Below, in pieces: positions 26,123 through 35,570 of a stretch of DNA of 64,000 bases; the stretch's first letter is position 1; each line of letters opens with the position of its first letter. The notes beneath the pieces are model-generated. The model did not search any database. It was not told the DNA's origin and saw only the letters and a program-made list of their open reading frames with translations. Source of the stretch: a virus; IMG/VR virus record IMGVR_UViG_3300031456_000001, positions 1 to 64,000 of that record; one strand, written 5' to 3'. The position numbers were made by a program, and so were the translations under genes.

Positions 26123-26997
26123 ACGCCACCACCGAGGATCTTGCCGGTGGCCGATGCGATGGTCTTGCGGACCTCGGCGTCGCCGAGCCCGGACAGGATG
26201 GCCTCCGAGCGCAGGTCGCCGAGCCGGTCGGTGCCGTAGCCGGATTCGAGAATGCGGCACGCGGCCCAGTACAGCGACTCGTTGCGGTTGCCGGCGGTCT
26301 GCTGCGCGAACCAGCGGATGAGCGGTTCCGCATGGTCGGTGAAGGCCGTCTGTGTCAGGTCGCGCGGCGGCGGCGGCGGGTTCAGGAAGTCGCGCACGTC
26401 CAGCCAGGACAGCAGTCCGTCTTTAGCCAGGTCGAACCACGACCACCGGTAGAACAGCGGCCCAACCTGCGAGCAGGGCGCGGCCACATAGCCGCCGCAG
26501 GAACGGAAGTCGATGCCGTGTTTCTTCAGGCAGGCCGACTGCTGGCCGGTGCCGTCGTAGTAGAAGTGCCAGCCGCCGGACGGGGTGACGACCGCGGCGA
26601 ACGCCCCGGTGGTCAGCCCGACCTCACGGAGCCGCCCGAACGACACCTTGCCGGGGGCGCCGCCTTTGACGTCCACGTCGAGCACGTCCGGCGACGAGGT
26701 GCCCGGCCCGCCGGGGGAGCCGGTGGCGATGCCGATGTTGCACCGCGGGTCCCGCGCCCACCACCGGGCCACCCGTTCGACGTCGGCGGTGGCGTCTTTG
26801 AAGCCGTGGCCGAGCCGGCCGCAGACCTGACCACCGGGGCAGGCGGCCTGTTCGGCGTCGTCGGCGTGGGCACGGCGGAACCGGGGGACTTTGCCGCCGG
26901 GGACGAGGGGGAACACCCGCCAGCCGAGGACGGCGTATGCGGCGGCCGCCCCGGCGAGGGTCTCCGGCAGTTCGGTGGCGGTGCTGACGCTGCCCAT
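26119..26997 (-). CDS. bifunctional DNA primase/polymerase (Prim-Pol)
   Basis: GWRVFPL, HGFKDAT, NIGIATG, LDVD, TPSGGWHFYY, GGYVAAP, GNRN. Confidence 0.92.
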   Translation of the reverse strand: MGSVSTATELPETLAGAAAAYAVLGWRVFPLVPGGKVPRFRRAHADDAEQAACPGGQVCGRLGHGFKDATADVERVARWWARDPRCNIGIATGSPGGPGTSSPDVLDVDVKGGAPGKVSFGRLREVGLTTGAFAAVVTPSGGWHFYYDGTGQQSACLKKHGIDFRSCGGYVAAPCSQVGPLFYRWSWFDLAKDGLLSWLDVRDFLNPPPPPRDLTQTAFTDHAEPLIRWFAQQTAGNRNESLYWAACRILESGYGTDRLGDLRSEAILSGLGDAEVRKTIASATGKILGGGV

Positions 26998-27066
26998 CTA
27001 TGCTCTCCCTGCTGGCTACGAATGGGTGTTCGGGGGCTGCCGCCTGGATCGCGGTGGCCCCCACTG

Positions 27067-27294
27067 CTACCGGCGGTAGAACGCCCCGACCTCCACCCCG
27101 TACAGCCCGGCGAGCACGCCGAGGATCGACGAGGGTACATCGATGAGGCCGGTCTCGTATTTGCCGACGGTCACCCAGTGCCGGTCGATGTGGGCGGCGA
27201 CGTCGCGCAGGCTCATGCCGGCCCGGTCGCGCGCGGCGCGCAGGGCGTCACGGTCCAGGACGTGGACAGGGTGGAGTGCCGCCGGAGCGGTCAT
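27067..27294 (-). CDS. XRE-family HTH regulator
   Basis: LRAARDRAGMSLRDVA...TVGKYETG...LAGLYGV. Confidence 0.85.
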   Translation of the reverse strand: MTAPAALHPVHVLDRDALRAARDRAGMSLRDVAAHIDRHWVTVGKYETGLIDVPSSILGVLAGLYGVEVGAFYRR

Positions 27295-27528
27295 GGGGGT
27301 GCCTTTCGGTCATCTCGCCAGGGGGCGATCACGTCGAGGGATGCGAGCCTAACCGAACCCCGCCCGTAAGGCCAGGGGCTACAGGGCCGTGTCGCCGGGG
27401 CCCGGCTGCCGGTCTGGCCGCTGGCCAGGATCGGCCTGACCCGGCTACCATCGGTCGTAGATCGGGTTGGTCTCCGCCCCGTTGATCGGTGTGTGTGACC
27501 TGCTGGTTCCTTTCTTGTGGTGGGAGAG

Positions 27529-27575
27529 GGAGAACCCCCGCCGTTCCCTTACGAGGGGCGCGACGGGGGTTCTCC
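27529..27575. terminator. hairpin closing tract B
   Basis: GGAGAACCCCCG...CGGGGGTTCTCC. Confidence 0.55.
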
Positions 27576-28325
27576 GTGTCCGGGGCCGATGTGCCGCGGG
27601 TGGTGTCGGCAAGTCGATGTGCCGCGGGCGGCTGCTGACAGGGCATGTCGGGCCGGCGGGGACGGGGTAGCAACCAGGCAGGTCGGTTGAGACTGCAGCG
27701 GTCCGTCGGGTAAGGCCGGGGTGCCCGGGGGGAGGCTAGTCAGAGGGCGAGGAGCAGGCCGAGTACGGCGACGGCGGCGAGGATGACGACGACGGCGAAG
27801 TCGGCGTAGCCGGGCAGCGTCGCGGCGGCGGGTGTCGCAGCGGGCAGGGGCGGGAAGGGCGGGCATGTCGCGGGGGAAGGGGGTGGCGGGTCGGCGTTCA
27901 CCGCGGGTCGGGTCGACGTGTCGGCGGAACCGTGGTGGATAGGTGAGTCGGTCGGCATGTCGGCTCCTGGTTGGGACGTCCGGACGGGGGTGGTCGGTCG
28001 GGCCGGGGTGATGGGGTCGGATCGATGGCACGGTACGTCGGCGGGGTCGCGGGTCGGGGGTGTTCTTGCGGGGCCCGTCGTCGCGAGGTGGGCTCGGCAA
28101 GGCGTGTCGGATCGCAGAGAGTGGGTGCGGGTCGTCGGTGTGGGCTTGTGCGGGAAGGCGTGTCGGTGCGGGCCCGGGATGGCATGTCGACCGGTGTGTA
28201 TCGGCAAGGAATGTGACCGGAAAAGGCCGTCGGGGCATGTCGGGTGGATGTGTGGCGCCGGAAAGGTCGGGGGGCGGGGCGGGCCGGGAAGTCGAGCCGG
28301 GTACGGGGTGGGAAGGCTGGTCGGC
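27576..28325 (-). repeat. CGAC-(pentamer)n periodic tract B (largest)
   Basis: more than 20 CGAC-led units, e.g. CGAC CAGCC TTCCC ACCCC GTACC CGGCT; CGAC ATGCC ATCCC GGGCC CGCAC; CGAC ACGCC TTGCC GAGCC. Confidence 0.85.
27740..27958 (-). CDS. small membrane protein embedded in tract B
   Basis: AGGAG RBS, C-terminal helix FAVVVILAAVAVLGLLLAL. Confidence 0.5.
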   Translation of the reverse strand: MPTDSPIHHGSADTSTRPAVNADPPPPSPATCPPFPPLPAATPAAATLPGYADFAVVVILAAVAVLGLLLAL

Positions 28326-28329
28326 ACGT

Positions 28330-28674
28330 TCAGGCCGGCGGTGCGGGTTTCCAGTCGGGGTGGTGGTGGGTGCTGTAGCAGCCGACGGCGTGCAGCCAGG
28401 ACCGGCACCGCGCGCACCACACCATCGGCGCCGCCACGGTGGCGATCTCCTGCACCGGCCGGGTGCCGTCGCGCCGCGGGTCGGGGGCGAACTGGGCCGG
28501 GTCGGGTATCCGCTGGTCGGGCATGCGGTGGTCGCGGCCGCCGCAGCCGGCACAGTCGGCGTCGGTGGCCGTCGAGGCGTCCGGGGTGGTGTCGCGTTCT
28601 GCGGTGAACGCGAGCCGCCCGACGAGCCGGGCCAGGTCGAGCCGCGGGAACGGCATGGGCAACGGGGACCGCAT
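28330..28674 (-). CDS. hypothetical protein with Cys pairs
   Basis: CAGC, CARC, HAVGC. Confidence 0.5.
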   Translation of the reverse strand: MRSPLPMPFPRLDLARLVGRLAFTAERDTTPDASTATDADCAGCGGRDHRMPDQRIPDPAQFAPDPRRDGTRPVQEIATVAAPMVWCARCRSWLHAVGCYSTHHHPDWKPAPPA

Positions 28675-28675
28675 T

Positions 28676-28912
28676 TCAGTCCTCTCTGGTGAACTGCTTG
28701 AACTCCAGCTCGTCGACCTGGTCGATGTCGAGGCTGAACCGGACCGGGTACTTGTTGAGGTGTGTGGTGTAGCCGGAGCACTGGATGCAGAGGTCGGTGC
28801 CCGGCTCGTATTCGCCGTCGGCGAGCAGCGCGCGGGCCTCCTCCTCCGTGTCGGCGTGGATCTCGACGGATATCGATCCGGTGATCGGTAGGTCCAACTT
28901 CCAGACGGTCAT
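28676..28912 (-). CDS. hypothetical protein
   Basis: AAGGAG RBS downstream of the promoter motif at 28956-28973. Confidence 0.65.
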   Translation of the reverse strand: MTVWKLDLPITGSISVEIHADTEEEARALLADGEYEPGTDLCIQCSGYTTHLNKYPVRFSLDIDQVDELEFKQFTRED

Positions 28913-28974
28913 CGCTTCCGCTCCTTCGCGTGGTGGAAACCCCACAGTAGCAAAGTGTCATGCGGTGTGTCAAT

Positions 28975-29487
28975 TCAGGGCTGGTGGACGGGCATCCAGG
29001 CGAACCAGCCGGCCATGATGCCGAAGGCGAGGACGGCGGCGGCGAGCACGAACCCGGCCAGCCCGAACAGGCAGAGGATGCCGAGGTAGGCGCGGATCGC
29101 CTCCAGGACGTCCATGTGCCGCTGGTGGGCGTGCCGGCGGCGGGCTTCGGCGTCCGCGGCCCGCTGCCGGGCGGCGGCGACCTCGGCGAGGGACGGTCCG
29201 GCGGTGGGCCGCCAGCCGAACAGTCCGCCGGGGCCGATCCGGCGGATCCGGTTGGTGGCCGCGGAGTCGGCGACCGCCTCGACCGCGGCGGTGGCCGGGC
29301 CGTATCTGCCGGGGGGCTGGACGCGCGGCGCGGGCGCGGTGCGTACCGGCTCCGGCGGCATCGGGGCGTTGCGCAGCGCGGGGCTGACGAGGACGGTGGG
29401 TGCGGCCAGGTCGCCGAGGCCGTCGAGGGCGAGCCGGGTGCGGCCGGCGCCGCGCACCCGGCGGTGTGTCTCGGTCTGATGGTTCAT
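28975..29487 (-). CDS. membrane protein
   Basis: C-terminal hydrophobic helix; RBS follows tract C. Confidence 0.55.
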   Translation of the reverse strand: MNHQTETHRRVRGAGRTRLALDGLGDLAAPTVLVSPALRNAPMPPEPVRTAPAPRVQPPGRYGPATAAVEAVADSAATNRIRRIGPGGLFGWRPTAGPSLAEVAAARQRAADAEARRRHAHQRHMDVLEAIRAYLGILCLFGLAGFVLAAAVLAFGIMAGWFAWMPVHQP

Positions 29488-29499
29488 GTCGGTGGTCTC

Positions 29500-29636
29500 C
29501 CGGGGCGGTGGTGGCTGCTGGGGCACGGGATCGGTTCGGCGATGCATAGTCGGCAGGGCTGTAGGCAGGGGTAGGCGTGTCGGCAGGGCGGGCGTGTGTG
29601 GGTGGGTGTGTCGGGACGGGACGGGTGCTAGTCGGT
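29500..29636 (-). repeat. CGAC-(pentamer)n periodic tract C
   Basis: CGAC ACACC CACCC ACACA CGCCC GCCCT GC; CGAC ACGCC TACCC CTGCC... Confidence 0.75.
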
Positions 29637-30518
29637 CGGCGTGTCCCCATGCTCGCCGAGTAGGTCGATGAATGTCGAGGGGCCGGTGCCGAGCAGCGCC
29701 GGCCACGTGCCGGTCGCCCGGCGGCACCGGTCGAGGAGTGTGCCGACCGCGACGGCGGTGTCGAGCGGTGGCGGCTCGTCGCCGATGACCGTGTCGACCC
29801 CGGCGAGCGCGCCGAGGCCGGGCAGCCGGTGGGCGTTGAGGACCGCAATCCAGATGCTGACACCGCCGTCGCCGGAACCGTCCCGTGGGCCGCCGTTGGC
29901 CTGCACCTGCGCACCGGCATCGACGAGCAGCCGCTCCAGAGCCTCCTCCGGGCCGGGTGCGGTGGTGGTGACGTCGAGGACGACCCAGATGTCGAGCCGG
30001 CCGATGTACGCCGCCCACGGGGCGAGCCCGACGGTGTGCATGGCGTCCTGGGCGGTCTGCCCGTCGCCCGCCTCGATGAGGACCCGGCCGCCCATGCGGA
30101 GCACGCTGTCGCGGGCGGCGGCGGCGAGGTCGCCGATCTCGACAGGCGCCGGGATGATCAACCCAGCGCCGTAGTCCCCGCGGTGCTGGACGGTGACCCG
30201 GTGGCCGAGCCGGTTGAGCCGGCCGAGGTCGTCGGTCAGCCACCGCGGCTCGCCGGTGTAGGCGATGCCGAGGTTGGTGTCCGGGTGCTGCCACGCCGAC
30301 GGCAGCACCGACAGCGCTACGGAGTCGGCCGGCGACCCGTACGGGTTGGGGCTGGCGTGCGCGACGTCGGACCCGTCGCTGACCACGGTGCGGATGGCGA
30401 GCCCGTCGCGCAGGCCGCGGCCGAGGCGCGCGGCGACCGGGCCGACGTCGACCCCGGGCGGACCGGTGACGACGGTGACGGTGCCGGTGGCGCTGTTGCG
30501 GTTGCGATAGGTGCTCAT
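29628..30518 (-). CDS. hypothetical protein
   Basis: long ORF with coding-like codon usage. Confidence 0.6.
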   Translation of the reverse strand: MSTYRNRNSATGTVTVVTGPPGVDVGPVAARLGRGLRDGLAIRTVVSDGSDVAHASPNPYGSPADSVALSVLPSAWQHPDTNLGIAYTGEPRWLTDDLGRLNRLGHRVTVQHRGDYGAGLIIPAPVEIGDLAAAARDSVLRMGGRVLIEAGDGQTAQDAMHTVGLAPWAAYIGRLDIWVVLDVTTTAPGPEEALERLLVDAGAQVQANGGPRDGSGDGGVSIWIAVLNAHRLPGLGALAGVDTVIGDEPPPLDTAVAVGTLLDRCRRATGTWPALLGTGPSTFIDLLGEHGDTPTD

Positions 30519-30859
30519 CAGAGGACTTCCCCTCGTTCGATCCGGGCCGCCTCGGCGACGAGGTCGGCGGCCTGCTCGCGCAGCCGGTCAGCCCGCGCCT
30601 TGCGAGAGTTGCGATCATCGACATAGGCGTATACCTCGTCGAGTGTCCGCGCTGGACCGGGACCGTCCTTGCGGGCGACGCCGTCGCCGCCGCGCAGGAA
30701 GTCGTCGGACTCGACGACGGTGACGCCGCACAATTCGCGGATGTGCTCGTCAGCCAGGTAGTGGTCGCCGATGACGTCCAGCTTGCCATCGACGTACAGC
30801 GCTGACCATTCGCCGGAGCCGATATGCAGCTCCAGCTTGGGCCGGTCGTCGGTAGGCAT
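30518..30859 (-). CDS. hypothetical protein
   Basis: GEWSALYVDGKL motif; coupled to neighbours. Confidence 0.6.
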   Translation of the reverse strand: MPTDDRPKLELHIGSGEWSALYVDGKLDVIGDHYLADEHIRELCGVTVVESDDFLRGGDGVARKDGPGPARTLDEVYAYVDDRNSRKARADRLREQAADLVAEAARIERGEVL

Positions 30860-30860
30860 G

Positions 30861-31223
30861 TCAGCTTGCCGCGGGGGCGGGGCGGGGATCGGCCTGGGCG
30901 CCGGTGGCGGCCGGCATCCACTTCGACTCGACGCCGCCGCAGAAGGGCACGTCCCATTCCGGCACCCGGATCAGGTTGTTGCCCGCGTCGCGGCTCGTCG
31001 TCAGGAACGCGACCTTGCCGATGCAGAGCCGCACCATGTTCGGGTGGCCATCGACGTTGTTGTATGCCTCGATCTTGTCGGGCTTGACCGCGGGCACGCC
31101 CTTCAGGTCGCCGGAGGTGGCGTTGCCCTCGTTGAGGCTGCCGCAGCCGCCGAGCAGGGCGAGGGCGGTCAGGCCGGTGACGGTCGCCGCGGCGGCCTTC
31201 TTGACGGGGGTCATGGTGCGCAT
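30861..31223 (-). CDS. lipoprotein
   Basis: lipobox LGGC after a hydrophobic signal; AGAGGA RBS. Confidence 0.75.
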   Translation of the reverse strand: MRTMTPVKKAAAATVTGLTALALLGGCGSLNEGNATSGDLKGVPAVKPDKIEAYNNVDGHPNMVRLCIGKVAFLTTSRDAGNNLIRVPEWDVPFCGGVESKWMPAATGAQADPRPAPAAS

Positions 31224-31873
31224 GGGGGTTCCTCTCGTGGACGGAAAGTGCACCCCGGCAGTCTGCCGGGGTGCCACACGGTGTGTCAATTCTCTTCGGC
31301 GCATTCGGTGTGTACCCACGTGCCGGTGTGGTTGCCGGTGGTCTTGAACCGCTGCGGCCGGATCGTGTCGCCCGGCTCGTAGCGTTCCTGGCATTCGGGG
31401 CAGCGTCCGCCGTACCGGGCGATGATCGGCGCCCCGTAGCTGGGCTGGTCGCCGTTGCGTCGGGCGTACGGCTCGACCTCGGCGGTGAGGCCACGCGCCG
31501 TGGCGCCGGCAGCCCCGGCGTGCAGGCGGCAGCCGCACTGTTCGATGAGCAGCTCGGTCAGCTCGCAGCGGTCCTGCGCGGTCACGGCGCACCGGTTGCG
31601 GCGAAGGCCGCAAGGGCTGTCTCGTACGCCTCGATCTCGCCGCGCGCGTGGTCGCCCAGGGCGACGGTGGCGGCGAGGTTGTGCCAGCCGGACCCGTCGC
31701 CCTGCTCGGCCTGCCGGGCGAACCGGGCGACCTCCTCGACGGCGATGCGGTATCGGTGTCGGGCCGATTTGAGGCGGCTTTCGATGTGCCTGCGCGCCCA
31801 CTCTTCGCTCTTCATGTGATGCTCCAGGTGATCGAAGGGGGCCGGGCGGTGGTCCGCCCGGCCCGGGGGCGAC

Positions 31874-32482
31874 CTACCAGGGCAGGCCGCGGTGCTTGGC
31901 GCAGGTCTCGCCGTAGCCGGCGGCCCGTGAGCGGGCGTTGGTCAGCGGGTGCGGGCCGAACGCGCAGATCCCCAACGTCCGGCCGAACAGCCCGGCGGCG
32001 GCGGCCACGTCCTCCAGGATGTGACTGGCGGCGAAGACCTGGTGCCGGGCGTGCAGCTTCTGCTGGCTGAGGCCGGTGCCGTTGGAGATGAGCTGGTACA
32101 GCCGGCGCGTGCCGTTGCGGAACTCGACGACCTCGAAGAAGGTGATGTCGTTCCCGGCGGCGGTCGGCGTGGTGCGCGGCAGGGCGTACCGGCCGGCGGG
32201 CAGCTTCGCGGCCATCCGGTTCGCCTCGGCGTACAGCTCGCCCAGGTTCGGCGTGGCGTACGTGATCGGCGTCTGCGGCTTCGGCTGCGCGTGCTGCGCC
32301 ACGAACGTCTGCGCCCGCTCCCGGGCCGCCTGGCGCTGCGGGGTGCGGGCCGGGGTGCCGGTGCTGCCGCCGGTGATCTGGCGTAGCACCTGGCCCTGCT
32401 CGCGGGCGACCTCGGCCAGGGGGCGCAGGCCGTTGCGCTCACGCCAGGTGCTCAGCGATCCGAGGGTGGCGGACTGGGTCAT
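31874..32482 (-). CDS. DUF6011-like protein
   Basis: C-terminal C...LTNARSRAAGYGETCA; downstream of the promoter motif at 32545-32562. Confidence 0.7.
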   Translation of the reverse strand: MTQSATLGSLSTWRERNGLRPLAEVAREQGQVLRQITGGSTGTPARTPQRQAARERAQTFVAQHAQPKPQTPITYATPNLGELYAEANRMAAKLPAGRYALPRTTPTAAGNDITFFEVVEFRNGTRRLYQLISNGTGLSQQKLHARHQVFAASHILEDVAAAAGLFGRTLGICAFGPHPLTNARSRAAGYGETCAKHRGLPW

Positions 32483-32685
32483 GGCGGCTACCTCCGTGGT
32501 GGAAGGGGGCGGGCGTTTTCACCCGCCCCCCGAAGGTAGCAAACTGTCACACGGCGTGTCAATCGAAAGTGTCAACCGTCAGCGGTTGGCGAAGATCTTC
32601 GCGTCGTGGGCGAGCAGGAAGATGACCAGCACCAGCAGGAAGACGATGAACACCTTCCATCCGCGGGCCGGGCCGTTGTCACCGC

Positions 32686-33477
32686 TCATCGGGCCGGGGC
32701 GTTGGTTGCGCCGACGACCCGGTCGCCTTCCCGGATGCACAGGCACCGGTCGGAGGCCCCCGGGTGGGCGAGGCGCATCGGGCAGGTGGACCAGTGCGCG
32801 GCGCGGGCCTGCAGCGTGGTCAGCTTCTTGCCGCCGGTCGGTAGGCCCTTGCGCAGCGCCCGCATCAGCGGCTGCTCGCGCAGCCATTCGAGCGGTTCGC
32901 GCAGAAGGCCGTCCATCTCCCGCTCGAAGGCGTCGGTCGCCATGTCGCCGGACGGGCCGAACGGGCTCGCCCCGATGGCGGCCATGTGCCAGTATTCGCG
33001 GTCGGCGAGCTGCGCGGCGCGCCGCTCGATGTACCGGAGGGTGTTGAACCGCCACGGCTTGTCCATCTCGGCGACCCGGACGGCGGGGCGCCGGTGCGGA
33101 TACCACCAGGTGTCCTGGCCGAGCAGCCACGTGTACGACGGCAGCAGCGGGCCGAGGACCGGCGGCGGGTCGACCTCGGCGACGGTGCGGATGGGCCCGC
33201 CCGCGGCGACCTCGTCGAGCAGCGCATTGAGCGCCTTGCGGTCGGTCCGGTGCTCGTGCCGGCCGGACCAGCAGCACAGCGCGTCCAACCCGGTCTGGCC
33301 GGCGCCGAGCACCTGGCAGGTCTTCTGGTCGGTGCCGCAGTCGACGCACTTCGCGGTGTCCTCGATGTGCTGGCGGCGGGCCGCGATGGTCGCGGCGGCC
33401 CGACCGCGCTGTTCCTCGATGACCTCGTTGAACTCGTCGTTGAAGTCGCGCTCGCGCTGGGTCTCGGCGTCCATCAC
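32686..33477 (-). CDS. hypothetical protein
   Basis: coding-like codon usage, Cys clusters. Confidence 0.6.
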   Translation of the reverse strand: MMDAETQRERDFNDEFNEVIEEQRGRAAATIAARRQHIEDTAKCVDCGTDQKTCQVLGAGQTGLDALCCWSGRHEHRTDRKALNALLDEVAAGGPIRTVAEVDPPPVLGPLLPSYTWLLGQDTWWYPHRRPAVRVAEMDKPWRFNTLRYIERRAAQLADREYWHMAAIGASPFGPSGDMATDAFEREMDGLLREPLEWLREQPLMRALRKGLPTGGKKLTTLQARAAHWSTCPMRLAHPGASDRCLCIREGDRVVGATNAPAR

Positions 33478-33968
33478 AGGCCCTTCGCCTTCAGCTCGCG
33501 GTCCCGCAGGATGGCGCGCATGATGTCGTTCGCCGTCCAGGTGTCGCCGTAGCTGGCGTTGCCGGAGTCCTCCCCCGGACGCGGGTTGCCATGGAACCGG
33601 TAGTCGTGCTCCGGCAGCGGCCGCCGGGCGATCTCTTCGGCACCTTCCCGGCCGTACAGGGCCAACGCCTGCGCGGCCACGTCGATGATCTCGACCCGCG
33701 CGAGGGCGGGCGCCTCCAGCTCATGCCGGTCGGCGTCGAGGATGGCATGGGCGAGCGAACGCGCGTCGTCGGCGTTCATCACCATCTCAGCCCAGAACGT
33801 GCCCGCGTCGGGCGCGACGATGAGCTGCCAGCGGCCGTCGCCGAGGTTTTTCAACGCAGCCTGCCCGCGCAGGTGATCGACCTCCCGGGCTGCCCGGTCC
33901 TCGGCGGTGGCGAGATCCCCCGCCCCGGACGTCTTGCGCATCTCGGTCTTCCAGGTGAAGTCGGACAT
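33474..33968 (-). CDS. hypothetical protein
   Basis: GAGGAG RBS. Confidence 0.6.
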   Translation of the reverse strand: MSDFTWKTEMRKTSGAGDLATAEDRAAREVDHLRGQAALKNLGDGRWQLIVAPDAGTFWAEMVMNADDARSLAHAILDADRHELEAPALARVEIIDVAAQALALYGREGAEEIARRPLPEHDYRFHGNPRPGEDSGNASYGDTWTANDIMRAILRDRELKAKGL

Positions 33969-34003
33969 GATGGAACTCCTCGTGGTGGGGAGGGTGGGTG
34001 GGG

Positions 34004-34654
34004 TCAGACGGGCACGTCGGCGGCCAGCAGGGCCTCCAGCTCGGTCAGGCTGTACCCGCCGGTCATCGTCGCCTCGGCCTTCCTGACCATGAGACGGAAC
34101 TCGTCGGAGACCTCGGCGACCGCCTCGGCGCAGTGCGCGCAGCGCGCCGTCGCGTCCTCGTGCAGGTAGTGCATCCACGTGTCGGCCCGCACGGTTCGCT
34201 CCCGGAAGCCGGCCAGGGCAACTTCCATGACCCGGTCGAAGCGGGCGAAGAAGTCGACGTCGGCACGCCGGGCGGCCTCGTCGTGGGCGGCGACCTCGGC
34301 GGCGGCCACCTCGGCCCGGGCGCGGGGGCCGCGCATCGTCGTGGGGGCGACCGCGTCGGCGACGCTGACCACGGAGCCGGCGCCCGGTGCGACGTGCTCG
34401 ACGATCGCCTCCACGTCGGCGGCGTTCAGCGTCGGGTCGATGACCAGCTCGGCGGTGCGGTCGTCGAACACCGGCCACGGGGTCGTGGAGTGCTGCACGG
34501 CGGGCTGCCGGGCGATGCTGACGCCAACGACGATCCCGCCGACGGCGAACGTCGCCAGAAACGCCTGCCAGGCGACGGGCAGGGCCGCGGTGTAGTCGAC
34601 CATCACGGCCAGCCAGGACAGGATCACGGCGGGCGTCTGCTGGATGAGCTGCAT
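34004..34654 (-). CDS. membrane-anchored hypothetical protein
   Basis: GAGGAG RBS, N-terminal transmembrane segment. Confidence 0.6.
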   Translation of the reverse strand: MQLIQQTPAVILSWLAVMVDYTAALPVAWQAFLATFAVGGIVVGVSIARQPAVQHSTTPWPVFDDRTAELVIDPTLNAADVEAIVEHVAPGAGSVVSVADAVAPTTMRGPRARAEVAAAEVAAHDEAARRADVDFFARFDRVMEVALAGFRERTVRADTWMHYLHEDATARCAHCAEAVAEVSDEFRLMVRKAEATMTGGYSLTELEALLAADVPV

Positions 34655-34730
34655 CGGTTCTCCTCGCGTCGGTGCTGGCGGTGTCGGTTCTCCGTCGGGT
34701 CCGGTGTTCAGGTACGTGTCTCGCAGTGTG

Positions 34731-35039
34731 TCACGTGGGGCTACGGGCGGCTGCCTGCCGGAGTTGCCGGCGGCGGGTCTGGTGGCTGCGGTGCGGGTCG
34801 AGAAGGTGCACGAAGCCCTCCCCGGGCGGCGGTCCGGCGAGGGCGTGCCGCACGGCGTCGGGGTGGCCGCGGGCGCGCGCCCGGCAGACGAACCGGTCGA
34901 GGGCGTCGCGGCTGATGCCGAGCTGGGCGGCGATCTCGGCGACGGGAATGCCCTGCTCGGCGCCCCGCCGCCAGATGATGAGCCGATCGGCGGTGTCGGG
35001 GTCGGGGGTGTAGTCGCTGCCCCGGCGGCCGCGGGTCAC
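34731..35039 (-). CDS. HTH protein
   Basis: QGIPVAEIAAQLGISRDALDRFV. Confidence 0.6.
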   Translation of the reverse strand: MTRGRRGSDYTPDPDTADRLIIWRRGAEQGIPVAEIAAQLGISRDALDRFVCRARARGHPDAVRHALAGPPPGEGFVHLLDPHRSHQTRRRQLRQAAARSPT

Positions 35040-35422
35040 GGCGCGTCGACCTCCTCACCGCCGTCACCGGGGCTGACCACGGTGGTGCGGGCCTGCGGGT
35101 CGCGGACCGCCTCGTACCGGGCGATCGCGGCGAGCATCTCCCTGCCGTGCCCGGGATGGATGATGGCCCGCTTCACCTCGTCGAGGAACCCGGCCAACGT
35201 CTGAGCCATCGCCCCTCCCCCCGAATCCGGGTAGTTCGGGAAGACCGCGCTGACGGCGTCGGCCAGGTCGGCCGCCCCGAAGAGCGTGCCGATCGTCTCG
35301 AACATCCGGCGCACCGCGTCCGGGTCGGGCGTGCTCGTCGACCGGCCGGTGTTGCCACTCCAACGCAGCGTGCCGCCCTGCATCTCGTCGAGCGCCGCCT
35401 GAACGTGCCTGCCGTGTTCCAT
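35036..35422 (-). CDS. hypothetical protein
   Basis: first gene of the leftward operon, GGAGG RBS. Confidence 0.55.
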   Translation of the reverse strand: MEHGRHVQAALDEMQGGTLRWSGNTGRSTSTPDPDAVRRMFETIGTLFGAADLADAVSAVFPNYPDSGGGAMAQTLAGFLDEVKRAIIHPGHGREMLAAIARYEAVRDPQARTTVVSPGDGGEEVDAP

Positions 35423-35473
35423 GCCAGCCTCCGGGGGTCTGGGGGAAGTTGTGTCACACCCAGTTCCTCATAC

Positions 35474-35564
35474 TGTCACGCGACTTGTCAAGTATGATGG
35501 GTGCCGGACGCTATGCGGACAAGATCATCCGCGGTTGACACGCGGTGTGCCATATTGAGAGGAT
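35474..35564. promoter_or_regulatory. divergent promoter pair (main transcription switch point)
   Basis: motif copies at 35474-35491 (leftward) and 35535-35552 (rightward) where the coding strand switches. Confidence 0.7.
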
Positions 35565-35570
35565 CTGCAG

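Noticed and set aside
27549-28973. 474-aa and other long ORFs across tract B
   Set aside because: Same artefact of C-rich periodic sequence; they overlap better-supported short genes.
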